A stretch of DNA of 64,000 nt from Syntrophaceae bacterium UBA2280 (GCA_002347685.1 DDWS01000013.1:146472-210471); one strand, 5' to 3'. Positions 1 to 9,115 are shown, counted from the first letter of the stretch. Notes: generated by a model from the letters alone, not told the origin. Numbers and translations are program-made.

Positions 1-6
1 CCTTTT

Positions 7-58
7 ATTAGTCTATTAGCCTATTAGACTGTAGGCTGTTAGACTGTAGGCTGTTAGG
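7..58. repeat. Heptanucleotide tandem-repeat tract (units CTGTAGG / CTGTTAG / CTATTAG)
   Basis: Read directly: ttagtct attagcct attagact gtaggct gttagact gtaggct gttagg, with a period of about 7 nt. Same family as the tracts at 124-160, 1004-1031, 29595-29631 and 38995-39019. Confidence 0.7.
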
Positions 59-123
59 TTAAGAGGTGCGGCGTATAAAGCGCCGTCATCCGTAAAAAAG
101 AATAAAGCCGGAGGCCACAAAGC

Positions 124-160
124 AGCCCTAATAGCCTACAGCCTACAGCCAAATAGCCTA
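124..160. repeat. Heptanucleotide tandem-repeat tract (AGCCTAC type) overlapping the stop codon of the 158..940 gene
   Basis: Sequence is cagcccta atagccta cagccta cagcc aaatagccta. The final cta (158-160) is the TAG stop of the minus-strand enoyl-CoA hydratase gene. Confidence 0.7.
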
Positions 161-940
161 TTTACCTATGAACGCAGGTTTTCGTTTTTCCAGAAACGCC
201 TTCATGCCTTCTTTCTGATCCTGCGTGCTGAAGCACTGCGAAATCGCGCCAAGTTCAAGCTTTACCGCGTTATCGAGGGACATGTCAAATCCGTAATTGA
301 TACTGTTTTTTGCCATCTTCAAAGCAAAACCCGGAAGGGTGGTGAACTTCCCGGCCATCTTTCCTGCTTCTTCCATAAGCTGCGCCAGCGGGACCACTTT
401 ATTGACCAGACCGATCTCATAGGCCCGCTGCGCGCTGATCTGGCCGCCACCCAAAATCAGCTCCTTGGCAATGCCCATGCCCACCAGTCGCGGCAGCCTC
501 TGTGTACCGCCCCATCCGGGCAGAATGCCAATGAGAATTTCCGGCTGACCGAACATGGCATTTTCCGCTGCAATCCGGATGTCGCAGGCCAGCGCGATTT
601 CCGTGCCGCCGCCCAGCGCGAAACCGTTTACGGCGGCAATCGACGGTTTCCCCATCGTTTCGAGGAAACGCAGGGTTTCCTGACCCAACTCCATGAGCTT
701 CATGATATCCACCGGCGTCGCATTCTGCATCTGTGAAATATCCGCGCCCGCCACAAATGCCTTTTCCCCGGCCCCCGTCAGAACGAGCACTTTCACCGCG
801 TCATCCCGATCGCAGACTTTAAGCGCATCCGCCAGTTCGGACATCACTTCATAACTCATCGCGTTTAAAACTTTAGGGCGGTTGAACGTAATCCGGGCGA
901 TCCCTTCACTGATTTCCAATAAAATATTCTTATAATCCAT
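158..940 (-). CDS. Enoyl-CoA hydratase/isomerase (crotonase family)
   Basis: 260 aa. Crotonase-fold signatures are present (VLTGAGEKAFVAGADI, NGFALGGGTEIALACDIRIAAENA, FGQPE). Confidence 0.85.
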   Translation of the reverse strand: MDYKNILLEISEGIARITFNRPKVLNAMSYEVMSELADALKVCDRDDAVKVLVLTGAGEKAFVAGADISQMQNATPVDIMKLMELGQETLRFLETMGKPSIAAVNGFALGGGTEIALACDIRIAAENAMFGQPEILIGILPGWGGTQRLPRLVGMGIAKELILGGGQISAQRAYEIGLVNKVVPLAQLMEEAGKMAGKFTTLPGFALKMAKNSINYGFDMSLDNAVKLELGAISQCFSTQDQKEGMKAFLEKRKPAFIGK

Positions 941-961
941 TTTATTCTCCTGTTGTGCTTA

Positions 962-997
962 TGAAAAAGCCCCTTGTCCGGCAAGGACAAGGGGCTT
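962..997 (-). terminator. Rho-independent terminator after the Fe-S oxidoreductase gene
   Basis: 13-bp stem aagccccttgtcc / ggacaaggggctt with a 5-nt loop. On the minus strand it is followed by TTTTTC. Confidence 0.6.
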
Positions 998-1003
998 CAA
1001 TCA

Positions 1004-1031
1004 ATAGCCTATAGCCTATTGCCTATAGCCT
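1004..1031. repeat. Heptanucleotide tandem repeat (ATAGCCT x4, one variant unit)
   Basis: Sequence is atagcct atagcct attgcct atagcct, lying 6 nt downstream of the stop codon (1037-1039) of the minus-strand gene. Confidence 0.75.
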
Positions 1032-1036
1032 GTTTT

Positions 1037-3151
1037 TTATACCGCACAAGTGTCCACGGGCGGCTTGATTTCTTCCTTGCCCATAGCCTTGACGACCAGT
1101 TCGGCAAGATCCCAGGTCTGCATCGACTCGGTCATCTGGTTATCCTTGATCCCGTCGGCCATCATAGTCAGACAGAACGGGCAGCCCACGGCAATCGTGT
1201 CGGCCTTGACATCCATCGCCTGCTTCGTACGCGTGTTATTGATGCGATCTCCGATATCTTCTTCCATCCACATTCTCGCACCACCTGCGCCACAGCAGAA
1301 GCTCTTGTCGAGGGTTCTCTCCATTTCGACAACTTCTATGCCGCGGATGGCCTTCAAAATCTGACGCGGTGCGTCATAGATTTTGTTGTAGCGGCCCAGG
1401 AAGCATGAATCGTGATACACAAACCTGCCCTTCAACGCTTCCGGCAGCTTGATTTTGCCGTCGGCGATGAGCTTCGCGATAATCTCGGTGTGGTGATACA
1501 CTTCGTAATTTCCGCCGAAATTGGGGTAATCTTTTTTCATCGCGTTAAAACCGTGCGGACAGATGGCGATGATCTTCTTCACGCCGTATCCGTTCATCGT
1601 GTCAATATTGGCCTGAGCCAGCGCCTGGAAAAGGTACTCGTTACCAGCACGCATGGCGGAATCACCGCAGCAGCCTTCCTCGTTACCCAGGATACCGAAG
1701 CTGACACCCGCTTCCTGCAGAATCTTCGCAAACGCGACGGAAATTTTCTTGCCGCGATCGTCAAACGAACCGGAACAGCCGACGTAGAACAGATATTCCA
1801 CGTTGGGATCTTCGGCCAGTGTCTTGACACCCATCTCTTTGGCCCAGTCGCCGCGAAGATGCGCACCCACACCCCAGGGATTGGAATTGTTCTCCATGTT
1901 GCGGCAGGTCAACTGAAGCTCAGGAGCAAAATCCGCTTCGGTCAGAACCTTGTAGCGTCGCATGTCAATAATTTTCGGCACATGTTCGATGGACGAGGAA
2001 CAATGTTCCATACAATACATACAATTGGTGCAAGCCCACAGTTCATGCAGATCGACCACTTCGCCGACCAGCGCTTTCCCGCCTTCTTCTTCGGTCGGTA
2101 CCTCGCCTGCTTTAGCGGCTTTTACCGCGGCGGGGGCCTTTTCCAGCCAGAAGGTTTTAATGTCCTGAACCAGCTTCTTGGGCGACAGGGGCTTGCCGGT
2201 CAGATAGGCCGGGCAGCCGTCCTGACAGCGACCGCAGCGAGTGCAGGCGTCAGAATCAAAGATCTGCTTCCAGGTGAATTCCTCGAGTTTGCCGACACCG
2301 AATGCCTCGGCGTTTTCAAAATCACGGATTGGTTCAATGTAACCGGTCGGCTTATGGGACTGGAGGAAATGATTCGCGGGTGTCGTAATCATATGCAACA
2401 GACGCGAATAGGGAATGTAGGCGATGAAACCGAGCGCCAGAATGGCATGCACCCACCAACTCGCCAGATGCAGTGTGCGGGCGGTATCCAACTCGACGCC
2501 TGTAAACGTCTTGGCCAATAGCCAGCCCACAAACGACCAGTATTCCCAGGGCGGATTGGTCACGTGAATACGAAGAGCCTCGACAATGAAGCCGGTTACA
2601 ATGATGGCGCCGATGAGCAGCAGAACAATCACGTCGTCCGGCGTGGTGTCCATCTTGCCCTTATAGCCCAGACGATCGGGTTTTGTGACGAAGCGGCGGT
2701 CGAGCGCCATGATCACACCGACCAGCACGAACAATCCGAAGAGATCCAACAGGAAAGAAAAGCCTAAATAAAAATTGCCTTTGAGAAATGTCCAGCCGAA
2801 CAGGGGTTCCGTGACATGGTGCTGACCTGCGTCAAAAGCGGCGCCGAAAATCAAAACAAAAAAGCCGAAAAAGATCAGGCCATGCATGATGCCGGGATAA
2901 AGGTCACGCCAGGTCTTCACCTGCAACAACCCTTCAAGAATGACGGCTTTCACTCGTTCGCCCATATTGTCTAAACGCATTTCCGGCTTGCCCATGGCTT
3001 TCCACATCTGCCAGCGGCGGTAGACACCATAGCCGAAAATGGCCATCGCGACCGCCGTAAGTGCGAAAAGTAGGATCTCAAACGCCGGCAGAGGAATGTT
3101 CCAGAAAACCTCTCGACCTTCCATACCTACATAAAATTCATGTTCTTTCAT
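1037..3151 (-). CDS. Membrane-bound Fe-S oxidoreductase: N-terminal multi-TM NarI/DsrM-like domain fused to an HdrD/DsrK/GlpC-like domain with two 4Fe-4S motifs and CCG domains. Probable Etf:quinone oxidoreductase partner.
   Basis: 704 aa. The N-terminus is hydrophobic. Ferredoxin-type motifs CTRCGRCQDGCP and CTNCMYCMEHC are present, as are cysteine-rich CCG-type motifs (GCCGDS, FCCGAGG). It lies directly downstream of etfBA. Confidence 0.8.
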   Translation of the reverse strand: MKEHEFYVGMEGREVFWNIPLPAFEILLFALTAVAMAIFGYGVYRRWQMWKAMGKPEMRLDNMGERVKAVILEGLLQVKTWRDLYPGIMHGLIFFGFFVLIFGAAFDAGQHHVTEPLFGWTFLKGNFYLGFSFLLDLFGLFVLVGVIMALDRRFVTKPDRLGYKGKMDTTPDDVIVLLLIGAIIVTGFIVEALRIHVTNPPWEYWSFVGWLLAKTFTGVELDTARTLHLASWWVHAILALGFIAYIPYSRLLHMITTPANHFLQSHKPTGYIEPIRDFENAEAFGVGKLEEFTWKQIFDSDACTRCGRCQDGCPAYLTGKPLSPKKLVQDIKTFWLEKAPAAVKAAKAGEVPTEEEGGKALVGEVVDLHELWACTNCMYCMEHCSSSIEHVPKIIDMRRYKVLTEADFAPELQLTCRNMENNSNPWGVGAHLRGDWAKEMGVKTLAEDPNVEYLFYVGCSGSFDDRGKKISVAFAKILQEAGVSFGILGNEEGCCGDSAMRAGNEYLFQALAQANIDTMNGYGVKKIIAICPHGFNAMKKDYPNFGGNYEVYHHTEIIAKLIADGKIKLPEALKGRFVYHDSCFLGRYNKIYDAPRQILKAIRGIEVVEMERTLDKSFCCGAGGARMWMEEDIGDRINNTRTKQAMDVKADTIAVGCPFCLTMMADGIKDNQMTESMQTWDLAELVVKAMGKEEIKPPVDTCAV

Positions 3152-3206
3152 TGATCCTCCAACTTATATTGAGGGCTGCTTTGTTTCTTTTCGAATATGA
3201 GCTCTT

Positions 3207-3250
3207 CAAAAAAAAGGTCTTTGCCCCGCATCACGGGGCAAAGACCTTTG
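3207..3250 (-). terminator. Rho-independent (bidirectional-looking) terminator after etfA
   Basis: Perfect 13-bp stem aggtctttgcccc / ggggcaaagacct with a 7-nt loop, flanked by an A-run and a T-run. On the minus strand it is followed by TTTTTTTT. Confidence 0.8.
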
Positions 3251-3255
3251 GTTTT

Positions 3256-4233
3256 TTAAGCAACCAGTTTTTTGCAAACGGCTGTCAGTTCGGGAATGAC
3301 CTTGAACAGATCGTCAACCACACCGTAATCCGCTTTCGTGAAGATGGGGGCTTCCGCATCCTTGTTGATCGCGACAATGCATTTAGATGAGCTCATGCCG
3401 GCCAGGTGCTGAATCGCGCCGGAAATGCCGCAGGCGATATAGAGGTTCGGAGAGACAACCTTACCGGTCTGTCCGACCTGATCTTTCTGAGCCTTCCATC
3501 CGGCATCCACTGCCGCACGGGATGCGCCAACCGTACCTTTGAGCACGTCAGCCAGTTCGTCCAGAATCGCAAATCCTTCAGGGCCTTTCATGCCGCGGCC
3601 GCCGGAAACAATCACTGTGGCTTCCGTCAGGTCGACTTTGCCGCTGGTGTCTTTCTGCACTTCCAGGACCTTGCTCTTGATCGAAGCCGCATCAATGGCC
3701 ACATCGACCTTCACCACTGCACCGGCTTTGGCGTTTTCAGCCGCCGGAAACACATTGGGACGCAGCGAGGCCATCTGCGGGTTCGCAGCTACCACGACTT
3801 CGCCATAACACTTTCCTGCATACATCGGACGGGTTGCAACCAGCTTGCCGCCGTCAATCTTTACGTCCGTGCAATCGGTCGCCAGACCGGTCGCCAGTTT
3901 CGCTGCGACTCGCGAGGACAGATCCTTGCCCTGAACCGACGCGCCCAGAAGCAGAATCGACGGATCGTTTTCTTTCACAATCTTCGCGACGACTTCCGCA
4001 TGGGCTTCCGTAACATAGGGCTCCAGCGCTGCGTTGTCACCAACGAATACTTTATCCACACCGTATTTGCCAAGCTCTACGGCCAGACCTTCAATTCCTG
4101 AACCCAGTAGAATGGCGCTGACTTCATCGCCGGACTGATCAGCCAGCTTGCGGGCTGTCGAAGCCAGCTCCAGGCTGATCTTTCTGAGCGCGCCGTCCCG
4201 CTGTTCTGCAACTATCATGACTCCTTTTGCCAT
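3256..4233 (-). CDS. etfA: Electron transfer flavoprotein alpha subunit
   Basis: 325 aa. The EtfA C-terminal FAD-binding region is present (PNLYIACGISGAIQHLAGM). Confidence 0.9.
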   Translation of the reverse strand: MAKGVMIVAEQRDGALRKISLELASTARKLADQSGDEVSAILLGSGIEGLAVELGKYGVDKVFVGDNAALEPYVTEAHAEVVAKIVKENDPSILLLGASVQGKDLSSRVAAKLATGLATDCTDVKIDGGKLVATRPMYAGKCYGEVVVAANPQMASLRPNVFPAAENAKAGAVVKVDVAIDAASIKSKVLEVQKDTSGKVDLTEATVIVSGGRGMKGPEGFAILDELADVLKGTVGASRAAVDAGWKAQKDQVGQTGKVVSPNLYIACGISGAIQHLAGMSSSKCIVAINKDAEAPIFTKADYGVVDDLFKVIPELTAVCKKLVA

Positions 4234-4254
4234 TTTTAAATCCTCCGCTTTTCT

Positions 4255-5025
4255 TTAAATAGCTTTTGCTTCTTCTCTGAGTAACCGGCCTAATTCAGCC
4301 GCCTTTTGCGCGGGCTCATCTCCACAGATGATCTTTCCGGGAGGTCTGGCCGGAGGCGGAATGGTTTTGGCGACTTTGGCTTTCGCGTCGGTTGCAATAC
4401 CCAGCGCGGCGGCATCTTTCACATCGACCGGTTTCTTCTTTGCCTTCATGATGCCGGGCAGAGATGCGTAACGCGGTTCATTGAGACCTTTCTGCGCCGT
4501 CACGACACAGGGCAGTACCGTTTCAACCGACAGCTGAGCGCCTTCAATCGGGCGAATCACTTTCACCGTGGAACCGGTGTATTCGAGTTTGGTGACCAGG
4601 GTCAGCTGAGGCAGTCCGAGGGCTTCCGCCAGCATCGAACCCACCTGGCCTGCGTCATCATCGATGGCGCGCTGGCCGCATAAAATAATGTCATGGGGCA
4701 GGGTTTTGATCACAGCGGCAAGAGCATTGGCCACAACAAACGCATCCGCACCGTCAAAAACGGGGTCGCAGATGTGGACGCCCTTATCGGCGCCCATTGC
4801 CAGAGCCGTACGGATGGTTTCCATGGCTCTCGCGGGGCCGACAGAAACGACCGTCACTTCGCCGCCGTTCTTCTCTTTGAGTTTCAATGCCTCTTCCACG
4901 CCATACTCGTCATAGGGATTCATCACCCATTTGATCTGGCCTTCTTCGATACCTGAACCGTCAGCTTTGACTTTGATCTGAGCCTCGGTATCCGGCACTT
5001 GCTTCACGCATGCAATAATATTCAC
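4255..5025 (-). CDS. etfB: Electron transfer flavoprotein beta subunit
   Basis: The EtfB N-terminus reads VNIIACVKQVPD. I place the start at the GTG (5025), which is preceded by GGAGG. The ORF-track start at 5076 adds 17 aa that do not look conserved. Confidence 0.85.
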   Translation of the reverse strand: MNIIACVKQVPDTEAQIKVKADGSGIEEGQIKWVMNPYDEYGVEEALKLKEKNGGEVTVVSVGPARAMETIRTALAMGADKGVHICDPVFDGADAFVVANALAAVIKTLPHDIILCGQRAIDDDAGQVGSMLAEALGLPQLTLVTKLEYTGSTVKVIRPIEGAQLSVETVLPCVVTAQKGLNEPRYASLPGIMKAKKKPVDVKDAAALGIATDAKAKVAKTIPPPARPPGKIICGDEPAQKAAELGRLLREEAKAI

Positions 5026-5100
5026 TGTTAAAACCTCCTTCTCCTGCGCGTCGCACAATCGGGGCGATTCGCGCATTAAAATTGTCTTGCAAATTTCGTT

Positions 5101-5139
5101 TTATTAAAACGCCCGATTCTCTCGAAAGAGAACCGGGCG
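5101..5139 (-). terminator. Putative terminator after acs
   Basis: Imperfect hairpin cgcccgattctc...gagaaccgggcg, followed on the minus strand by TTTTAATAAAA. Confidence 0.45.
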
Positions 5140-5148
5140 CTGATACTG

Positions 5149-7119
5149 CTACAGTCTGTTCTTGACGATGTCGTCAACCACTGACGGATCGGCCAGCGTG
5201 CTGGTGTCACCCAGGTTACTGACGTCGTTGGCGGCGACTTTCTTCAGAATTCTTCTCATGATCTTGCCTGAGCGGGTCTTGGGAAGACCATCGGCCCACT
5301 GAATCTTGTCGGGCGTTGCGATGGGACCGATAACCGTACGGACATGAGCGATCAGTTCTTTCTTCAGCTCGTCGGACTTCGTCTCGCCGGTCTTCAGGGT
5401 AACATAAGCGTAAATGCCCTGGCCTTTGATGTCGTGCGGCATACCGACCACGGCGGCTTCCGCGACGGCCTTGTGAGCAACCAGAGCGCTTTCGACTTCA
5501 GCGGTGCCCATGCGGTGACCGGACACGTTGATGACGTCGTCGATGCGGCCGGTGATCTGATAGTAACCGTCTTTATCGCGGCGGCAGCCGTCGCCGGTTA
5601 CGTAGTAGCCGGGGAACTGTTCGAAGTAGGTTTCCTGGAAACGCTTGGGATCGCCGTAAACACCCCTCATGATGCCGGGCCACGGAACTTTGATGCACAG
5701 CGCGCCGCTGGCGACGGTATCAGTGAATTCCTTGCCTTCGTCATCGACCAGCACAGGCTGTACGCCGAAGAAGGGCATGGTCGCCATACCGGGTTTGATG
5801 TCGATTGCGCCGGGCAGCGGGGTGATCAGGATGCCGCCGGTTTCTGTCTGCCACCAGGTGTCCACAATGGGGCATTGGCCGCGGCCGATGACATTATAGT
5901 ACCAGTTCCAGGCTTCGGGGTTGATCGGCTCGCCGACGGTGCCGAGCGTGCGCAGGCTGGAAAGATCGCAGCCTTTCACAAACGAGTCGCCTTCTTTGGC
6001 AATCGCGCGGATCGCGGTGGGAGCAGTGTAGAAGATGTTGACTTTGTATTTTTCGACCACCTGCCAGAAGCGGCTGTAGGTCGGATAGTTGGGAACGCCT
6101 TCAAACATAACGGACGTGGCGCCGTTGCAGAGCGGTCCATAAACGATGTAGCTGTGACCGGTGACCCAGCCTAAGTCGGCGGTGCACCAGTAGACATCGC
6201 CGTCATGATAATCGAAAACGATCTTGTGGGTGTAGGACGTGTAAACCAGATAGCCGCCTGTGGTGTGCATAACACCCTTGGGCTGTCCGGTGGAGCCGGA
6301 GGTGTAAAGAATGAACAGGGGATCTTCTGCATCCATCCATTCCGGTTCGCAGTTGGCATCGACTTTGGCCATTTCTTCATGGTACCATTTGTCGCGGCCG
6401 GCAGTCAGCTCGCACTTGATCTTGTCGCCGACTCTGTTGACCACGATGACGGACTTAATGGAGGGGCAGGACTTCAAAGCGTCGTCGGCAATGGCTTTCT
6501 GGGGAACAGCCTTGCTGCCGCGGAAGGTGCCGTCGCAAACCACCAGAACCTTGGCATCGCAGTTGACGATTCTGTCACGGAGTGCATCCGCGCTGAATCC
6601 GCCGAAAACGATTCCATGCACCGCACCAATGCGGGCGCAGGCCAGCGCGGCAACCGCAAGCTGCGGAACCATCGGCATATAAAGAACAACACGGTCGCCC
6701 TTGGTCACGCCATTGGCTTTCAGAACATTAGCGAATTTGCAGACTTCTTCGTGCAGCATTTTGTAGGTGATGGCTTTTTCTTCGCCCGGCTCGTTGCCTT
6801 CCCACTGAATGGCAACCTGATTGCCGCGTTTTTCGAGGTGTCTGTCGAGGCAGTTGTAAGAAACATTGAGCTTGGCGCCTTCGAAGAATTTGACATAAAT
6901 GGGACCTTTTTTAATGTCAAAGTTGTAATCCATGACTTTGTCCCACTTTTTGAACCAGGTCACCTGCTGATCGGCGATGTCCGCCCAGAAGGCTTCCGGT
7001 TCTTCCACTGAGCGCTTCCAGAGCTTGTCATACGCATCTCTTCCGCTGACCCAGGCTTTCTTTTTTGCCGCTTCAGGAATCGGATATATTTCCTTTAATT
7101 GTACCTTTGCATCCGCCAT
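5149..7119 (-). CDS. acs: Acetyl-CoA synthetase (AMP-forming)
   Basis: 656 aa. Acs-typical motifs are present: [19 protein letters not shown], and the C-terminal [11 protein letters not shown]. Confidence 0.95.
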   Translation of the reverse strand: MADAKVQLKEIYPIPEAAKKKAWVSGRDAYDKLWKRSVEEPEAFWADIADQQVTWFKKWDKVMDYNFDIKKGPIYVKFFEGAKLNVSYNCLDRHLEKRGNQVAIQWEGNEPGEEKAITYKMLHEEVCKFANVLKANGVTKGDRVVLYMPMVPQLAVAALACARIGAVHGIVFGGFSADALRDRIVNCDAKVLVVCDGTFRGSKAVPQKAIADDALKSCPSIKSVIVVNRVGDKIKCELTAGRDKWYHEEMAKVDANCEPEWMDAEDPLFILYTSGSTGQPKGVMHTTGGYLVYTSYTHKIVFDYHDGDVYWCTADLGWVTGHSYIVYGPLCNGATSVMFEGVPNYPTYSRFWQVVEKYKVNIFYTAPTAIRAIAKEGDSFVKGCDLSSLRTLGTVGEPINPEAWNWYYNVIGRGQCPIVDTWWQTETGGILITPLPGAIDIKPGMATMPFFGVQPVLVDDEGKEFTDTVASGALCIKVPWPGIMRGVYGDPKRFQETYFEQFPGYYVTGDGCRRDKDGYYQITGRIDDVINVSGHRMGTAEVESALVAHKAVAEAAVVGMPHDIKGQGIYAYVTLKTGETKSDELKKELIAHVRTVIGPIATPDKIQWADGLPKTRSGKIMRRILKKVAANDVSNLGDTSTLADPSVVDDIVKNRL

Positions 7120-7652
7120 GTTAAGTGTTCCTCCTAAGTTTTAGTTTTTTATATTTTCAAACGTTTACTCAACGTCTCACCACCTTGAAAAATCCCACCA
7201 GAAACCCTGCTGATCCGTATCACAAATCGGGATTGCGCCTGCAAACACGAGCGCTTTGGTACGCTTAAGGTGCAAGCAATGAGCAGCTGACTCACTGAAG
7301 AGGAAGTGCGCCACTGTTTGTGAGCACTTAAAATAACTTTGACCTTAAGCCGCAAAGCGTGTCGGAGAGCCCGCCTGCGCCAATTTCTTTTTTAAAAAAA
7401 CTGCTTGCCCCTGATACGCATCCTGATACGGGGCACGCCAGGAGATGTCATCCTGAAAGCCTTGAATCTCGCTGAATTTACGAACATGGGGTCATAATTT
7501 GACCGCAAGTCAATCTACCCTTGCGCTCTCACCTACCTTAATATGAACCCCGTGTCAAGAATTATTTGGGTTCGCAAAAGGGCAAAAAAACGCTTTCGGC
7601 GCAGAACCGCCAAATAAATATTATGTTAATAATATCAAAAGCATAGTTATCA

Positions 7653-8045
7653 TTATTTTTTACCACATGTCTTGGTCGCCGTAAATTTTTTTATCCCCTG
7701 ACGCCTCCGGCGCATCCATCTCACCGTCGCGCACGCCATATCGGGCAGCATCACCGCTTCGGCCACCTGAAAACTGACCCCTTCGAACGGATTGATCACC
7801 TGGCGAACGCCTTGCGACGGGAGGTATAGCTTGTCGCGATCTTCGGCTTTGGTGGTCTCACAGCAAAGGTCCGACCCGCCGCGCGGCTCGGTCAGGCATT
7901 CCGCCGCAAATGATAACAGAAAGCGGCCTGAATCTGTACAAATTTGGCTCTTTATACCGGTAAAAAAACGCCCTTGACTATTATTCATTATTGTGACCAA
8001 TGATCCGGCAATGCGAGCGTGTTGTTTTTTTAGAATACAGATCAT
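7653..8045 (-). CDS. Hypothetical protein (possibly a gene remnant; start uncertain)
   Basis: The C-terminal two thirds (LTEPRGGSDLCCETT...VRWMRRRRQG) use GC3-rich codons like neighbouring real genes. I see no recognisable family and no convincing RBS. Confidence 0.25.
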   Translation of the reverse strand: MICILKKQHARIAGSLVTIMNNSQGRFFTGIKSQICTDSGRFLLSFAAECLTEPRGGSDLCCETTKAEDRDKLYLPSQGVRQVINPFEGVSFQVAEAVMLPDMACATVRWMRRRRQGIKKFTATKTCGKK

Positions 8046-8067
8046 CTTTATTTAATCAATAAGACGC

Positions 8068-8106
8068 AACCACCGGACGCGCTTTTTGTTCTGGTGGTTT
8101 TTTGTT
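8068..8106 (+). terminator. Orphan plus-strand intrinsic terminator-like hairpin
   Basis: 10-bp stem aaccaccgga / ttctggtggtt with a 12-nt loop, then a run of six T. No annotated plus-strand gene lies upstream. It is about 200 nt upstream of the RRM gene. Confidence 0.5.
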
Positions 8107-8312
8107 CACACCGATGTGCAAACGGTGTTATTGAAAAAGATCATCGCATTGGCGATATCGACAAACCGGGCAAGTGTATCCGTCCGGCAGGTGAGGCATA
8201 CAAGCCCATCCCTTCAACCTTCCTTCTCAACCAGGAGCTGGACGGGGGTGAATTTGATGCTTTGTGGGGCCCCGTCGGGGAATGAAGATTAAAATGATGA
8301 AAGGGATAGAAG

Positions 8313-8666
8313 ATGAACAAGAATTTGTATGTCGGCAACCTGTCTTTCAAGGTCACGGATGAAGACCTGAAGGCAAATTTTTCAGAAGCGGGAGAAGTCG
8401 CCACAGCGGCGATCATCAAGGACAAATTCACCGGGCAGTCCAAGGGATTTGGATTCGTCGAGATGAAAACGGAAGAAGGCGCCACTCAGGCCATTGAGAA
8501 ATTTCACGGCGGCATGCTCGACGGCAAAGCCATTACCGTGAATGAAGCCAGACCCAAGAAAGAATTCAGCGCCGGTGGAAACCGCGGCGGTGGAAACCGC
8601 AGCGGTGGCGGCGGTGGCTTTGGCAATCGCAGCGGTGGCGGTGGCGGCGGTCGCGGCAGATACTAG
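8313..8666 (+). CDS. RNA-binding protein, single RRM domain with a Gly/Arg-rich tail
   Basis: 117 aa. RNP-2 is LYVGNL and RNP-1 is KGFGFVEM. The C-terminus reads GGNRGGGNRSGGGGGFGNRSGGGGGGRGRY. Confidence 0.9.
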   Translation: MNKNLYVGNLSFKVTDEDLKANFSEAGEVATAAIIKDKFTGQSKGFGFVEMKTEEGATQAIEKFHGGMLDGKAITVNEARPKKEFSAGGNRGGGNRSGGGGGFGNRSGGGGGGRGRY

Positions 8667-8698
8667 AACTGACCGCACCATCCCATAACAGCTAAAAA

Positions 8699-8742
8699 AG
8701 AGCGGAAGGCTGATCCACTCAAACCTTCTGCTCTTTTTTTTA
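8699..8742 (+). terminator. Rho-independent terminator of the RRM gene
   Basis: Stem agagcggaagg / ccttctgctct (one G-U pair) followed by TTTTTTTT. Confidence 0.8.
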
Positions 8743-8802
8743 TTTTATTACTCTGGCGGTTAAATACTTCAATCATTCATTCTACCCTGTGTGTTGGGTC
8801 TG

Positions 8803-8945
8803 TCCCTCGCTGGCGGGGGATTGAGGGGGTGGATGTTTTCATGTTCCTGCAATTGTTATCCAATTTAAGGTTCGAAATCCGTCATCCACCTCCGTCGCTT
8901 CGTGACATCTGGCATACGCCGGACTGAACCCTCCGCCAGCGGAAG
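8803..8945. repeat. About 140-nt long-range inverted repeat (structured RNA or MITE-like element)
   Basis: cgctggcggggg (8808-8819) pairs with ccctccgccagcg (8929-8941). gagggggtggatg (8823-8835) pairs with catccacctcc (8883-8893). It lies in the gap between two convergent genes. Confidence 0.4.
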
Positions 8946-9115
8946 ACACGGCAGTGGCAATCACCTCAATATTTAGTTGCCGGAGTAATAATGATCGGTT
9001 GAAGTGTTGAGATTCATTCCCGCCATGTTGTCCCGGGGCGTTCCGTACAGGGGCAAATCATTTCATTTCGACGACGCAAAGCAGACTCCCGGCATATGCC
9101 TTTCCGTGGGGAACA

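Noticed and set aside
1412-2521. Long antisense ORFs opposite confidently assigned genes. Examples are 1412-2521, 3406-4101, 5344-6174, 6205-7011, 13126-14172, 14774-15391, 16207-16908, 17154-17897, 34324-34956, 39701-40255, 45016-45750, 53374-54618, 57978-58628, 59643-60242, 61020-61796 and 63104-63871.
   Set aside because: Each lies fully inside a gene with clear family motifs on the other strand. Their translations are Arg/Gly/Ala-rich low-information sequence typical of shadow ORFs in moderately GC-rich DNA. None has an RBS or a recognisable domain.
7855-7935. Two possible RNA-gene signals on the plus strand: RNase P-like P4 strings (caaaggtccgacc, aacagaaagcggcc) and a tmRNA-like tag reading AANDN.
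   Set aside because: The two P4-like strings are only about 50 nt apart and lack the other conserved RNase P elements. The putative tag does not end in the usual hydrophobic ALAA-type terminus, and no tRNA-like acceptor/T-arm is present.
8866-8884. A tRNA T-loop-like sequence, AAGGTTCGAAATCCGTC.
   Set aside because: There is no complementary T-stem, no acceptor stem and no anticodon arm around it, and it has an extra A relative to GGTTCGAATCC. It is probably a chance match inside the inverted-repeat element.
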